Assembly: GCA_976551045.1 (NCBI GenBank)
Contig: CDPCPM010000026.1
Location: forward strand, 6,696,001-6,760,000
Source: Glaucostegus cemiculus
Taxonomy: Eukaryota
Length of the DNA stretch: 64,000 nucleotides
Reading direction: 5' to 3'
Below are positions 35,401-47,260 of this stretch, in pieces. Position numbers and translations under genes: made by a program. The notes under the pieces are model-generated. The model saw nothing but the letters and a program-made list of their open reading frames with translations, was not told the origin of the DNA and ran no database searches. The stretch's first letter is position 1, and every line of letters starts with the position of its first letter.

Positions 35401-38400
35401 CAGTGCGATTAAACTGTTATAAGAGGCTGGATGTTAGTGTTGTGCTCAATTTAAATGGAACATTTAGCTTAACAATATGAATAGGCCAGATGCAATTCAA
35501 AGACGAATTAAACTGATGTGTGCATAACCTTTTTACCCACACATCAAACTCCCAAAAAGTTTCCCATCAAGTTTCATGATGATACTGCCAGTGGAAAAGA
35601 TCAGTTTCATTTTATCAGTAAAATAGGAATAGCAAGCCATTGTACAAAGGATTAGATCCCAGGGTATGTTGTATCAGTGGGTCCCAGGAATGCAGATGCT
35701 TGGGAAATGCATGTATTGTGGTATACATGGCACCATAATAGTGTGGCACAGATTGTATAATCCAGTAGATCTTTTTCTCCTTTTCTTTTTGGATTTTCCT
35801 GTGTTAGAGTAATTTTGTAAATGTAGATGGTTGTTGTAATGGTTTGCTATTATATAGTCCACCACTGTGACCATTAAAACCTTTGCCCTGGGTCCAAGTC
35901 AACATCCAGAGTTTTGAGAATATTACAAGCACAACTGTCTTCAAGATTACCTCAGATCGGCATTGTGGATGTGGGCCATAAATAAAATTTGTCCACGGGG
36001 CTAGCCACTAGGAATTTCAGTGGAGTAGGGGCTGCTAATTCAGGTTCATGTGAAGCAAAATGTTCCCTTCACACACTCTACCACTATTGTGAACAGAAGG
36101 GAAATCAGGTAAGGCAAGGGTGAGAGGAAGGAGATCTTCACTTTTGCTGAGAGGCTTAGGTGTAGGTTGAGGATCTGGGTTCAGTTTCAAGTGTCGTCCT
36201 GGTACCTGCGCTTGCAGGTTCCTTTAAAAATCATGGAGAACCATGATTCTGCGAAAACCTGCTGCTTCAGAATTCCAGAAGCGGCATCCAGGCAAGCACT
36301 GCATATGATTGGATGCCACTGTGCATGGCTGAGTGCCTCATTGCCCAGAATGAAAATACAGCATTTGTAATGAGTCTCCACTTTCCAATTACATCTTATT
36401 TTTTGTATGGAAATCCAATTGTCTTGTTTGTAAAATTTTGCACTATACAATTTCTAGACATACGTTTTCAGTCATGAACAAAATTGATTTGATGAATGCC
36501 TTGTTGTATAGATTTTGAATATTCCACCTGTTTCCCCACCCCATCAACACAAATATTCAGACAAACTGAGGTAGAGATCTGTCAGAAATGGATTGAAAGT
36601 AAGGTGGTTCCAAGATGAGAAATAATCAGCTCTGCCAATTTACTGCTCTTGCAGCAAGGTTGAAAGTTTATCCCAAAGTATTAGTGTGCAGAATGAAATA
36701 TGGATGAAGTATCAGGTATTTTTGATGTATTAAAATAATGGCGATAAAAATGTTGGGACATGTTATAGTCAGTATTTGAGCCTACTTACAGTATATTCTG
36801 TATATGTTCAGTTGCTAACTATTCACTAATTATTTTTATGCAGTGGTCTACTGGAATATGTGAAGTTCTCATAAATGCCTATCAAAGGCATGCCAATCAC
36901 AGTGGTTACAAGACATTTTAAAAAAATTTGAAAAGAAAATACTGAAAAGTACAAGCAAAGGGTGGAGATGCAAGATTAGAGAAGAAAGCACTAACATAGA
37001 GCTAGAACTAGCAAAGGTACAATATGCCAAATAGCCTTCTGAACTGTAGTTACTAATTCGTGATATGATAGTCATAAAATTAGAGGTATATTCTGATTTC
37101 CAAAACTGCATAAGGGTTAAATGCATCAACAAATTTGAGTGCAAAAATCTTTATACTGTTCCTCTGACTTATAATTCTGAGAAAAAATATTAATATTCAA
37201 CCTACAAATCAAACTTTTGTTTGAGAATGAAGATGCTTATCATATATCATTGTTTATCAAGATTCAGAACTGGAATTTCAAATGGAGGTCAAATTATGAG
37301 AAAACTATTGTATAATTGCATCCCTATGGTGCACTTTGTATTTTGTTTTGCTTTCCAAGCAAACTATAGGTGAATTTTGGATAGTAACAAAGTGAACATC
37401 TCGTCACTGTGTTGCTGAAGCTGTGTGTGTGTAGCCAGTAATGTGAATGGCAACCTGATTATTAGTCAGAATAGAATAAGGAAAATGTCACACCCACGCG
37501 CATTGCTGGTCCCATACTGTGTAACCAGAATCTTGTTATCCTGTTTCAAAAATGCATAGTACTGTTGAGGCCATCCATTAAACATTGTAATATCATATCA
37601 AAATATCACAACAAGGTGGTTGCGGGGGGGCGGATGATGTTGAGAGATGCTGGGTTGGGGAGGGCATAGTGGATGGTGTCTCCAGTCAGTACTGGGGTCA
37701 CAGTGGGACATGTAGGGTTGAATCTCCAAAGAATGGGGATGCATTTGTGAGTAGGTAGGAACTGGAGAAATAATCAGCCAGGGGGAAGGTAATTAGGTGG
37801 GAACATAGAAGTAAACAACTATAAAAGAAATTTTCTGGAGGGACTATCTGACAGATGATCAATGCATTCGGCTCAATGACCAAGAACTAGGTATGATTAG
37901 TCCCCCTGAATTAATGCAGAATCTGGTTTCATTTATGTTGTTAAGGCCAGCTTTTGTGTGAGTAGCCATTCACAGACCATTGATAGACAAATTAGTTTTG
38001 TGCAAATTACTTCAAAATATGCTTGCTGTTTGACATCACTATGCATATCTTGTGGTCTTTTGTGAATTGTAAACAGAGAGAACCTAGAGCAAATCTACCA
38101 AGCTGCACTCGTTGGACAAAGGAGTCAATTATATTTAGTGATTAGGTTTAGATTAAATTCAATGATATGATGCACTTTGCAGGACTTTCTTAAAAGTCTT
38201 TCATAGTATAGCAAATAAAAATATTTTTGCTTTCAGTGCAATAAGAAAAATTAGGATCTCCATTTTACTGAAGTTTGGAGCAGCCATGAATGTATTCTAA
38301 ATTCTTACAATAGACATTAAAATGACCAATTGTGACATTGATTACGCTGCACTGAGAAATTTTATTACTTTGGAAAATATATTTCTTAAAGCATCCTATC

Positions 38401-38954
38401 AGACTTCTCAAACACAGTCACTGACATAAATCACATGTATGTTGGGGCAAAATTCATTGTGCAATATTTTTACTTGCCCTTATGTTTGTAGTTGACAAGC
38501 CTGCTGCTCTGCATTTACCTGTGCTGCTCACTATTATACTCCTGGCCAGGAAATTCCACTCTTTAATCTTCGAGGATTGCCATGCCTGTTTGCTTATTAG
38601 ATTCAAAATATGCCATCACTCAAACAAAAGATATTGTGACTACTCACCAGGAAGTAAGCACTCTCCTTCATGATCCTGTACAGTCGGTCACAAATTAACT
38701 GCACATTGATGGACTTCAGAATTATGCAATTATTGTGTGAGGGACCACGTTTAGACTGCAGTCAATGATATCTAGAAATTTTGCAAATTGCGTCATTTTC
38801 TTCCTGTTGCTGCTTCTCTGTGAGAATATTGATGAATTTGCTCACCAGTTTAACATTCATTAGTTACCTTCCTGATATCCTCATGCTCTGGGAACTAACT
38901 GATGTTCCCAATGTCTTTTTAGGCAGTCTAGAATGAATCAAAACCATAGAGGTT

Positions 38955-39664
38955 TTCAGATGTATTGAAGATCGATTTACAACCTCACCCTATTACTGCA
39001 ATTTTTGGATTACCATGGATAAAGTCTGGCCATTTACCTGCTTCTGCTAATCGTATGATTGCTTTTGTTACATTGATGGCCAAACAGGCCATTCTGCTTA
39101 AATGGAAGGATCCAATACCCCCTACCACCTTTCAATGGTTCTCTCAAACTATATCATGTCTTAATTTGGAAAAAATTAGGAGTGGTACTGTTGATTCTTC
39201 ACTTAAATTTGAAGATATTTGGAGTCCATTTATTCAATACTTTCATATGATGTAGTTTCCCCTTCTATAACTTTTTTTTAAATTCAGAGAAACGGAGCTG
39301 ACGACATTATATTGTTCTATTTCTATTGAAAATTTTAGCCCAGTTTTTTTTCCTTGTTTTTTTTTCTTTTTTTTTTAAATTCATTTTTGGTTTAATTTAC
39401 TCTATATTATGATGATTTTTTAAATTGATTTGGGGTTTTTTTTCTAATTATATAACAAATCTTTTTCTTTTCTATCTTTTACATTACTCTTACGAACCGA
39501 GGGATAGTTGGAACTATTTCTTTTATATATATCATACTTCATTGCTTTTTTTATGAGTACCTACGATTGTTACTTGATATTTCTATAATACATGTGTAAA
39601 CTTTGTTGTTATATATCTTAACCTGTATTGATTTGTTATCAATAAAAAAGATTGAAAAAGAAAG
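38955..39664 (+). mobile_element. L1 LINE, 5'-truncated, with 15-bp TSD
   Basis: ORF 38965-39255 LQPHPITAIFG...IAFVTLMAKQAILLKWKDPIPPT...LEKIR...FEDIWSPFIQYF matches a fish-type L1 ORF2 C-terminus. T-rich 3'UTR, AATAAA at 39641 and an A-rich tail. TSD AAAACCATAGAGGTT at 38940-38954 and 39665-39679. Confidence 0.93.
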
Positions 39665-42279
39665 AAAACCATAGAGGTTGGGGCTGGAATGACCTTGACA
39701 GTCACTAGCATGGCTGTGCATAGTCTAGATAGCATTTCAGTAGTTTAGCTTGCAGCATGTGAGATTTTGCAGAAATACATCTCTGATGAACCTTTACTCA
39801 CAGATACCATTAGGCAAGCTCAAGTGGCTTCTCCACCTTTGTTCAGATAATGCAAATTCAAAAGTACAGAAATATCCATGAGAATATTTCCTTTGCAGTT
39901 ACTATTCTTGGCCACTAAGTTGGCTGAATAAAAGTATTGAAATCTATTAAAAGAACATAGACTCACTCACTCACTCACACCAAACACACATATGGAATTC
40001 TCAGTGTTTCTTTAAATAATTTCATACTTAAAGGCACAGCCCAGTAACCCTGAATGGACATCCTTACACTACCAGAATTACAAAGCCGTGTGCTTCTTAT
40101 GTCAAGGTAGGAAAATGTCATCAATATGTAAATCACACCACATTGTAATGAAGCTCTCGCCTATTTCTGGTGAAAGATTCTGCTGTGCAGGAAGTGCACA
40201 TGATACATATTATGTGTGAAGATTAAATGCAACTGATCTCCATCTATATTTCTGCTCTGTTACGCACAATTGCACTCACTTATGGGGTGTAACAGAAACT
40301 AAACTGGGTTCATATACTCCTGTTATTAATACCTTTCTACTCTCAGTTTGTTCAGGTTGTAATTGAGATTGTTTGTGGCCCAGAGGTTGTTGCTGAGGAC
40401 GCCAGGAAAGCAACCATTGGTCAAAATGATCGTAGTGACAGTAGAAGTATTTTTAATGAGAAAGATTATTTTAGATGATTACATTCAGCAATTGCAGACT
40501 CATGAACTGATTGTGGGAAACCTTCTTGCTTCTCTTTTGGGGACTGAAGAATCGTTATCTTTTGTTAAGGTTGTTCGGATAACGATTTTCTCGCCCTCCA
40601 TGTTATAGCCTGCAAAACCAGACATAATATCACTGGCCTCTTGATTACATTAGTGAGGCATTACTACAGGTTCAAGTTGCACTTGAGGTTAACCTTCTGT
40701 GTTCTTAAGTCTCTTCCAGTTAGCATAGAACAGTTTTGAAAAATTGTTCCTGTTAACCCCAGACAAAATAATTTTATTATAATGAGATAGTTTCAGTTAA
40801 GGTTGTGAATGATTTAGTATAATTACAAAATGATGTGCTTCACTGTAAAATTACCACATAATGTCTTCAATCTGGGCAGAAAACAGGATGGGGCTGACAG
40901 ATGAAATACTAGACAAAAGCTGTATTTTGTTCATGGTGAGCACTTAAAAGGTTAAATCAATAATCAGGTAATCTATGATTGTAGTACAAATGGAAGATTG
41001 GATTTGTCTACCTCTGATTTATTTTAAATTGTAGTAGATGAATATAAGTTACCTCCTCCTGTGGAAAGGCACTTTGTTCCTTGGTGGCCTAGGTCTTTTG
41101 TTTTCTGCCTTAGCTCATCCTGCTATGATACACAAGTCATTGTCCACTAAACCAAATCAATTACATCTTGTCCTTTCTCTTTTCTCTGTTTCCCTCCTTG
41201 CTGCCTCTCTCCACAATGGTGTTTGGGAAAACTACTAATCCCTTCACAATGTGCTCCGAGGACTCCAACTCTGTAAGTACCAGTGGGATAAAGCCTTGAC
41301 TCAGTAAAACCTCCCTCTGAGACTAACTCAGCTAAGCTGATTGTTGCAGAAGGAAAGTCAAAATGCACATGGGTCTGATCATATTGCATTTTACATTTTC
41401 TTAATTTTTACTCCATGTTAACAAGGGCAACCATTTTAATATAATCCAATTCCATGGTTTAAACTGCCCTGTCTGGGAGAGGGGAATAGGAAAAGAAAAG
41501 GCAGTGGCTGACAGAGTTCATGTTTATTCTTTGGCAGGTAGTTACCAACATTAGAAAGAAAGTCAGCATCACACTTTCTTGCTACACACGGAAGGTAGGA
41601 CTAATGGAGGACAGATGATGAAGGTGACGGTATGAAGATGCATTGATTATAATTATTCGAAATGTTGTTTGTATTTTTGACTAGGGTAATTTATGGCCAG
41701 AATGGAAGATAAACCAAAAGAAATTCTGGAGAGAATTAACTAGAAATGAGGGTGTGTGGATTGGATACAGAGCATGGACAGGTTGAACGTAACCTCTGTG
41801 ATAGAGGGGGGTGATAGGTTTGTGCTGTTGACAGGGTGACACCGCAGTTTGGGAAGGGAATATTTTAAGTCCCTAACTAGTTTTATTTTGAGTGGAGGCT
41901 TTGCTACATCATTTTATCCTCCACATCACATCAAACTGGAGTGTTTGTTCACTCTGTAGTTTGTTTTTGCAGAGCTCTAGTTTATTGTGTCAGAGCAATT
42001 TAGACAGTTATTCATTTCCTGTGGTGCAAGGGCTTGAGGCAAGTAGATGGTTGAGCACATTCTGCACTGCTGCCTTCTTACACTGTATACCCCAGGGAGA
42101 TTTTAAAGGCCAATCTGCCTGTTTCCTGGGCACCTCTCATTCGGATTCCAATTGGAATATGTAGAAGAAAATGAAATTTAAACTTTTTTTTGTAGTACTA
42201 AATCAGCAAAAAATAGTAATCCCAATGTAATCTCAAGTGATGACAGAAATCATGAGAGTAACGTCTGAGTAGTCTAAAT

Positions 42280-42410
42280 TTTAACTTCTTGCATCTCTCC
42301 AGTTTCCTTACACCACTGCTCCAGCCTGTAACTTCTTTCCCAAATCTTTCCATATCAAGTCACTTGTTAAAATCTAGTTTTGACCAAGCTTTTGGTTATC
42401 TACCCTACAC
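42280..42410 (+). mobile_element. L2 3' fragment
   Basis: CTCCAGCC...TTAAAATCTAGTTTTGACCAAGCTTTTGGTTATC (FDQAFG), typical of the L2 ORF end. Confidence 0.55.
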
Positions 42411-42942
42411 ATTTGGCCACACACCTCACATGGTTGGTGTAGCTCAGTACTGTACTTGCAAAATCCACCATTTTAACATAATCTCTGAAATATAAGAAGT
42501 GACATTTTACAATTGACTGGTTAAAAAAAATCACATGCTTAAAATATATACTATAGAAATTGTTTGGCTTGTACAAGGTTTTGAAAACCAAATATTATGA
42601 AGATAACTAGCAGCTATCACATTTGTAGTTTGTCTTTTGGACAGCCAGAGTAACCACTGACAATGTCTTGTTACTGTCCTTTTGCCTTTTATAAGTGCAA
42701 TATAGCAATGCTGCCATACTACAACTAGATGTAGGGAAATGCATCATGTCAGCTTGTTTCCTCACTGTTTTGTGCAATGGGAATGACAAATTAGCCAATT
42801 AATTTTCTAAAAATTATTTTGTCTATTATTATTTGTGTTTTGCCCAGTGAACAAAACTATAGGCAAGAGGGCAGGCACAGGTTTTTATCAATGCCACTCA
42901 GTGGGCAACCTCTAGGAAGTTTACAATAGCAAATGCTGACCG

Positions 42943-43200
42943 TAGAGTCTTAGAATAATACAGCACAGAGGTAGGCCCTTCAGCCCATCGGATCTGTGCT
43001 GACCACCAAGCACCCATTCTCACTAATCCCACTTTATTCTCCCCACGTTCCCACTAACTCGACCACTCACCCATGCACTAGGGCCAATTAACCTACCAAC
43101 CTGTGCATTTTTGCGATGTGGGAGAAAACAATAGCCCTTGGAGGAAACCCATGAGTTCACAGGGAGAACATGCAAACTCCACTCAAACAGCACTGAAGTT
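42943..43200 (-). mobile_element. HE1-like V-SINE subfamily C, head truncated
   Basis: GGCCCTTCAGCCCA tail, GGAGGAAACCCATG...GGGAGAACATGCAAACTCC V-domain. Parallels 16661-16996. Confidence 0.8.
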
Positions 43201-43537
43201 CTGCTGCCTCAGAGGTGAGGTGGGCTAGTTCCTTCAAATGCAATGTTGCTGAAACCAAGAAGAGAGAATGATGTTGGAATGTGTGGCCCTTCACTCCATG
43301 ATGTTGAATTTTGACACACCCGATGAGTGTCAAATCACCATTCTTTCCAGCTGCCAGAGAATGTATACTGATTTTATTTTAATTTAAAGACATGGCTGGA
43401 AGATTGAAGTAGTTCTCAGTCATTTATTAAAGGGAGAACTGGAACTGAAATGTAAATTTGAGAGTTTTCATGATGGGAACAAGTGAATTTTCATCTGTGA
43501 AGCAACCATTATTCAATTTTGAAAATGAAAATCCGAT

Positions 43538-44165
43538 TAAGAATATAAGAGCATTGGACATAGGAGGAGGAGCAGCTATATGGGCCCTCAAACCTGCCCC
43601 ATCATGTGGTCAGATTGTGGCTGATCAGATCTTGGCTTCGGCTCCACCTTCTTGCTTGATCCTCACAGTCTTCAATTCCTCCACAGTCTAAAAATCTATC
43701 AGTGTCAACCTTAAATAAATTCAATAACTCCATTACCTCAGTTCTCAGGGGCAGAGAATCCCAGTGGTTCACAGCCTTATGGCCAGGATGGAAGCCAAAC
43801 TGAAAGAAATTCTAGAGAGAATAACTAGATATGAGAGATCAAATGGGACAGCCCCTTATTCTGAAATTATGCTCCGAAGTTCCAAATTTTCCCTTGATAG
43901 AAAACTTCCCTTTCGCAACTACTTAGTCAGGTCTTCTCAGAATTGGTCAATAAGATTGCCTCTCGTTCTTCCAAATTTCAGTGAGTTTATACCCAATCTA
44001 CTCCATGATATCATGTAAAACAACTCCTTCATAAAACTGCCTCCAATGCACATACATCTTTCCCTAAATGAGACTTAAATTGTACACAGTACTCCAGATG
44101 TGTTCTCATCAAAGCAGTTGTAGCAAGTCACAACCACTTTTGTACACCATCCTTTTTACCATAAA
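43538..44165 (-). mobile_element. CR1 degenerate 3' part
   Basis: CATAGGAGGAGGAG...GGCCCTCAAACCTGCCCC terminus, GGCAGAGAATCCCAG..TTCACAGCCT, AATTGTACACAGTACTCCAGATG (reverse strand HLEYCVQF). Confidence 0.75.
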
Positions 44166-44234
44166 ATTATTTCTTAAATATTGTAGTAGCATTAATAACT
44201 TAATTGTAAATGCCTTTGTGGAAGAATTTAATAA

Positions 44235-44345
44235 TCAGGTAACCTAGCCAAAGAAAAAAACTAGAGGCCGGTTTTGAGATAGAAAGGAAAGATGTGGAGA
44301 AGCACAGAGGTTTAGGGATGGAATTCCAGGGCTCTTGGCCCATAA
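44235..44345 (-). mobile_element. L2 small fragment
   Basis: GAGGTTTAGGGATGGAATTCCAGGGC...GGCCC parallels 9120-9160 of the L2 copy. Confidence 0.45.
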
Positions 44346-44576
44346 TAGATCTTTGAAGCTTGAAATATATTATTTCAAAATCAAGTATTCCTAATTTCTC
44401 TGCAAGGATGCTGTGTAATCACAATGAAATCATTGGTTGGAATATTATGAACAGTGTATCCATGATTTTTGGAATGCTATGGCCTCGGGCAAGAATGAGT
44501 ACTGTTTTTAGCCCCAGGTACTTGGAGTATTTTTGAATATACTAGGAACTGATAAACTTCTAAAATAGTAACAGTT

Positions 44577-45545
44577 CATAGAATTGTAGCATTGTTAATG
44601 CACAGAATACCATTCAGCCCATTGAAGCCATGCTAGCTCCTGGAAAAGCAATCCTGTCCTTTTCACCCCTGCTGTTTTTCTCTGGGCATGCAGATTATTC
44701 TTTCTCAAGTACCTTTCCAGATTCAGGCACTGAGTTCTAAATCATAACCACTCTCCAAGTAAAAAAAATTATCTTGCACCTCTTGCCCCAGGCTTTAACT
44801 TGGTGTTCCCTAGTTGTTGAAACATCTGCAAAAGGGAACTGGTTTTCACTAGTTATCCCACTTAAACCAGTCATTATCTTGCACACTTCTATCAAATCTC
44901 ATTCAACTGACTTTGCTTTACGGAAAGCAATCTCAGCTTCTCCAGTCAAATCTTTTGGCTGAAATCCTTCATTCCTGATAACTCTTTTCTGCAGCTTCTC
45001 GAGGACCTTCACATTTCTCCTAAATGTTGTAACCAGAATTAGATCCATAAATCAAGTTGTGGCCTAACCAGTATTTGGTACAAGGTTTAACATCACTTTC
45101 CTGCTTTTGTACTTAATGCCCCTATCTATGAATGCCAGGATCCTATATGGTTTATTAACTATTCTCTCCGTGTTGGCAGTTTCAAGAACTTATGCACATG
45201 TAATTATTTCCTGAACACCCTTTGAATGGAGTCATTTAATCAAAATCATCATTCCTTATTCATTTCTCCAAAGAATATCACTCCACATTTCTCTATTAAC
45301 TTTCATCTGCCACTTCTCTGCTCACTCACCCAGCCTATGTCTTCTTGCAATCTGATACTCTCCTCCTCACACTTCCAAGCTTTGTGTCAGACACAAATTT
45401 TGAATTTTTTTTTCTGCACACCCATTACTTATTGATCCATAACAAATATATGCCCAGCACCAACTCCTGGAAAACATCCTTATCTACTATCCGCTATTTG
45501 AAAAACAACCAATTACCATTCCTCCCTGCTGCTCTGCCCTTCAAT
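44577..45545 (-). mobile_element. CR1 degenerate 3' portion
   Basis: CCATTCAGCCC terminus, TAACCAGAATT...TCACTTTCCTGCTTTTGTACTTAATGCCCCTATCTATGAATGCCAGGAT (reverse strand ILAFIDRGIKYKSRKVM). Confidence 0.8.
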
Positions 45546-45587
45546 CTTCTATTCTTGCTGCAGTTAGTTTTGGCGAGGTTGTTTGTT

Positions 45588-46600
45588 TCAGCAGTCCATC
45601 AAGGTTGAGGATGGCGTTCTAGTTCTATGGGTTTTGCAGTGTCTGATGACTCCTACAAGGGATCTGTAGACTCTTCCACAGATGTAACGGGCAGAGCTTG
45701 ATGGGGCAGGTAGACAGGTTGTTCACATAGTTGAGACCTCTTTCTGCTATTTGCACTTTGCCCCCTTGAGGTGAGATGAGATTTCTTTATCAGTCACATT
45801 TACATCCAAACACGCAGTCAAACACATCTTTTGCGTACAGTGTTCTGGGGGCAGCCCGCAAGAGTCGCCACGCTTCCGGCACTGACATAGCATGCCCACA
45901 ACTTCCTAACCCGTACATCTTTGGAATGTGGGAGGAAACTGGAGCACCCAGAGGAAACTGAGCACCTGGAGGAAACCCACACAGACGTGGGGAGAATGTA
46001 CAAACTTCTTACATCGGAATTGAACTTGCGGTCGGAATTGAACCCAGGTTGCTGGCGCTGTAATAGTTTACGACTGTGCCTGCCACTGGAGAGGTCTGAA
46101 GTGATCACTGCCTTATTATATTTTTCTTTATCATTTTAAGCCATCTTAGATCAAGGATACACATGAGTTGGAGAGGATGTTACGTTTTTAAAGGAAACTG
46201 AGGACATGCTTGTACTGTTCTCTGTCGTCCTGGGAATGACTTGCTATGATGGATCTTGGGGTACAGGGCCCATTTTGAGTCTCGCATCAGGAATTCAGAT
46301 AATGTGTTCCCCTATCTAAGCCATTTGAAGATGATTAGAGCCTCGATTCTTACAATGACCTACCCTGTGCCAGGCAAAGCCATTGCAAAAGACTGAACTT
46401 TCACTGGAGCAACAACATCTAGCTGGTTTCTTTTTGCTCTACCAGTCTTCTCCACCTCTTTACTGGATTCAGAATTACTGTGTTGTGGGTGTATGTAGTT
46501 TTGTAACGAGCCATCCTACATCTGTACCTGGGTGATGTTCATCAGCCATTGTACATATCATTGATTGCCCAAACCTTAGCACTGGCAGTGGATTTCAGTG
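45588..46600 (-). mobile_element. RTE-clade LINE, very degenerate, interrupted by V-SINE
   Basis: GCAGTCCATCAAGGTTGAGGATGGC end like 12825-12850. Reverse strand ICGRVYRSLVGVIRHCKTH zinc-finger remnant. The right boundary is uncertain. Confidence 0.55.
45772..46084 (-). mobile_element. V-SINE subfamily B with internal duplications
   Basis: Near-identical to 22116-22376 (ORF tracks share SSGCSSFLPHSKDVRVR.LWACYV.AGSVATLAGCP). Duplicated GAGGAAACT(G)GAGCACC and TCGGAATTGAAC segments. Confidence 0.88.
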
Positions 46601-46959
46601 AATATTAATAGACCCTAAGAGTGCTGAAAAATGTTCTCTGCTCAAAGTCAAAAAGCCAATTGTCTTGCTAAAATGAACTCATTCAATGTAAGCAGTGGAT
46701 CAAACATTGATGTATGCATCTTGCACGATTCTGTTCAATTAAACAACGGCACAAAGGATTCAACAGAATCCCCATGAGTATCATCCTAAATGACTCTTGG
46801 TTAAATGATCACATTTTCTGATGGGCCAATGCTTTAGCAATGTGTCAGTCTTTCAAAATTATGGAAGAGGCAACCCAGTTTCCCAGAAGCATGGAAAATA
46901 ATCTTATAAACAAACACGAGAGGACATTTCAAAATAATTTTGTTTAGACACGTCCATGG

Positions 46960-47260
46960 TGCGAGTGGGGTAGAGCATTCCTCGTGTGTTAAGTCATGCA
47001 AGCCAGGGAGACCTAATTTTCACAAGTAAACTGAGCTTGGGTTGCATAGCAGTTTGGATGCTCAGTTTCCCCAGCACAGCAAGGGAAGTAACCAATGAAG
47101 ATTGTCTCTTCTGATTGCTGTTCAGTGCCCCCTACTGGAAGGTATGCATGTGCTGGATACAGGATCTGGCTTGTGCGTGATGCCTTCCATAGTGAAATAG
47201 CCTGCCAACACTGACTTATGAAGGTTGGTCAGTGGGACTTGACAGATACTGAAGAAATGT
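46960..47260 (+). repeat. Old SINE-like repeat containing a CTCF-like motif
   Basis: CTGATTGCTGTTCAGTGCCCCCTACTGGAAGG...ACAGGATCTGGCTTG..TGATGCC..AATAGCCTGCCAACACT, a pattern I recall from elasmobranch SINEs. Confidence 0.45.
47123..47138 (-). promoter_or_regulatory. CTCF core motif match
   Basis: Reverse strand CCAGTAGGGGGCACTG fits consensus CCASYAGRKGGCRSY. Binding is not demonstrated. Confidence 0.45.

Noticed and set aside
36844-37035. Possible exon with a Lys/Glu-rich open frame (WLQDILKKFEKKILK...ELELAK)
   Set aside because: The nearby acceptor does not lead into that frame without a stop, and no homology is recognised.
40356-40480. Acceptor followed by VVIEIVCGPEVVAEDARK... frame
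   Set aside because: Ends in a stop after about 40 codons with no recognisable homology. Only the nearby hairpin is reported.
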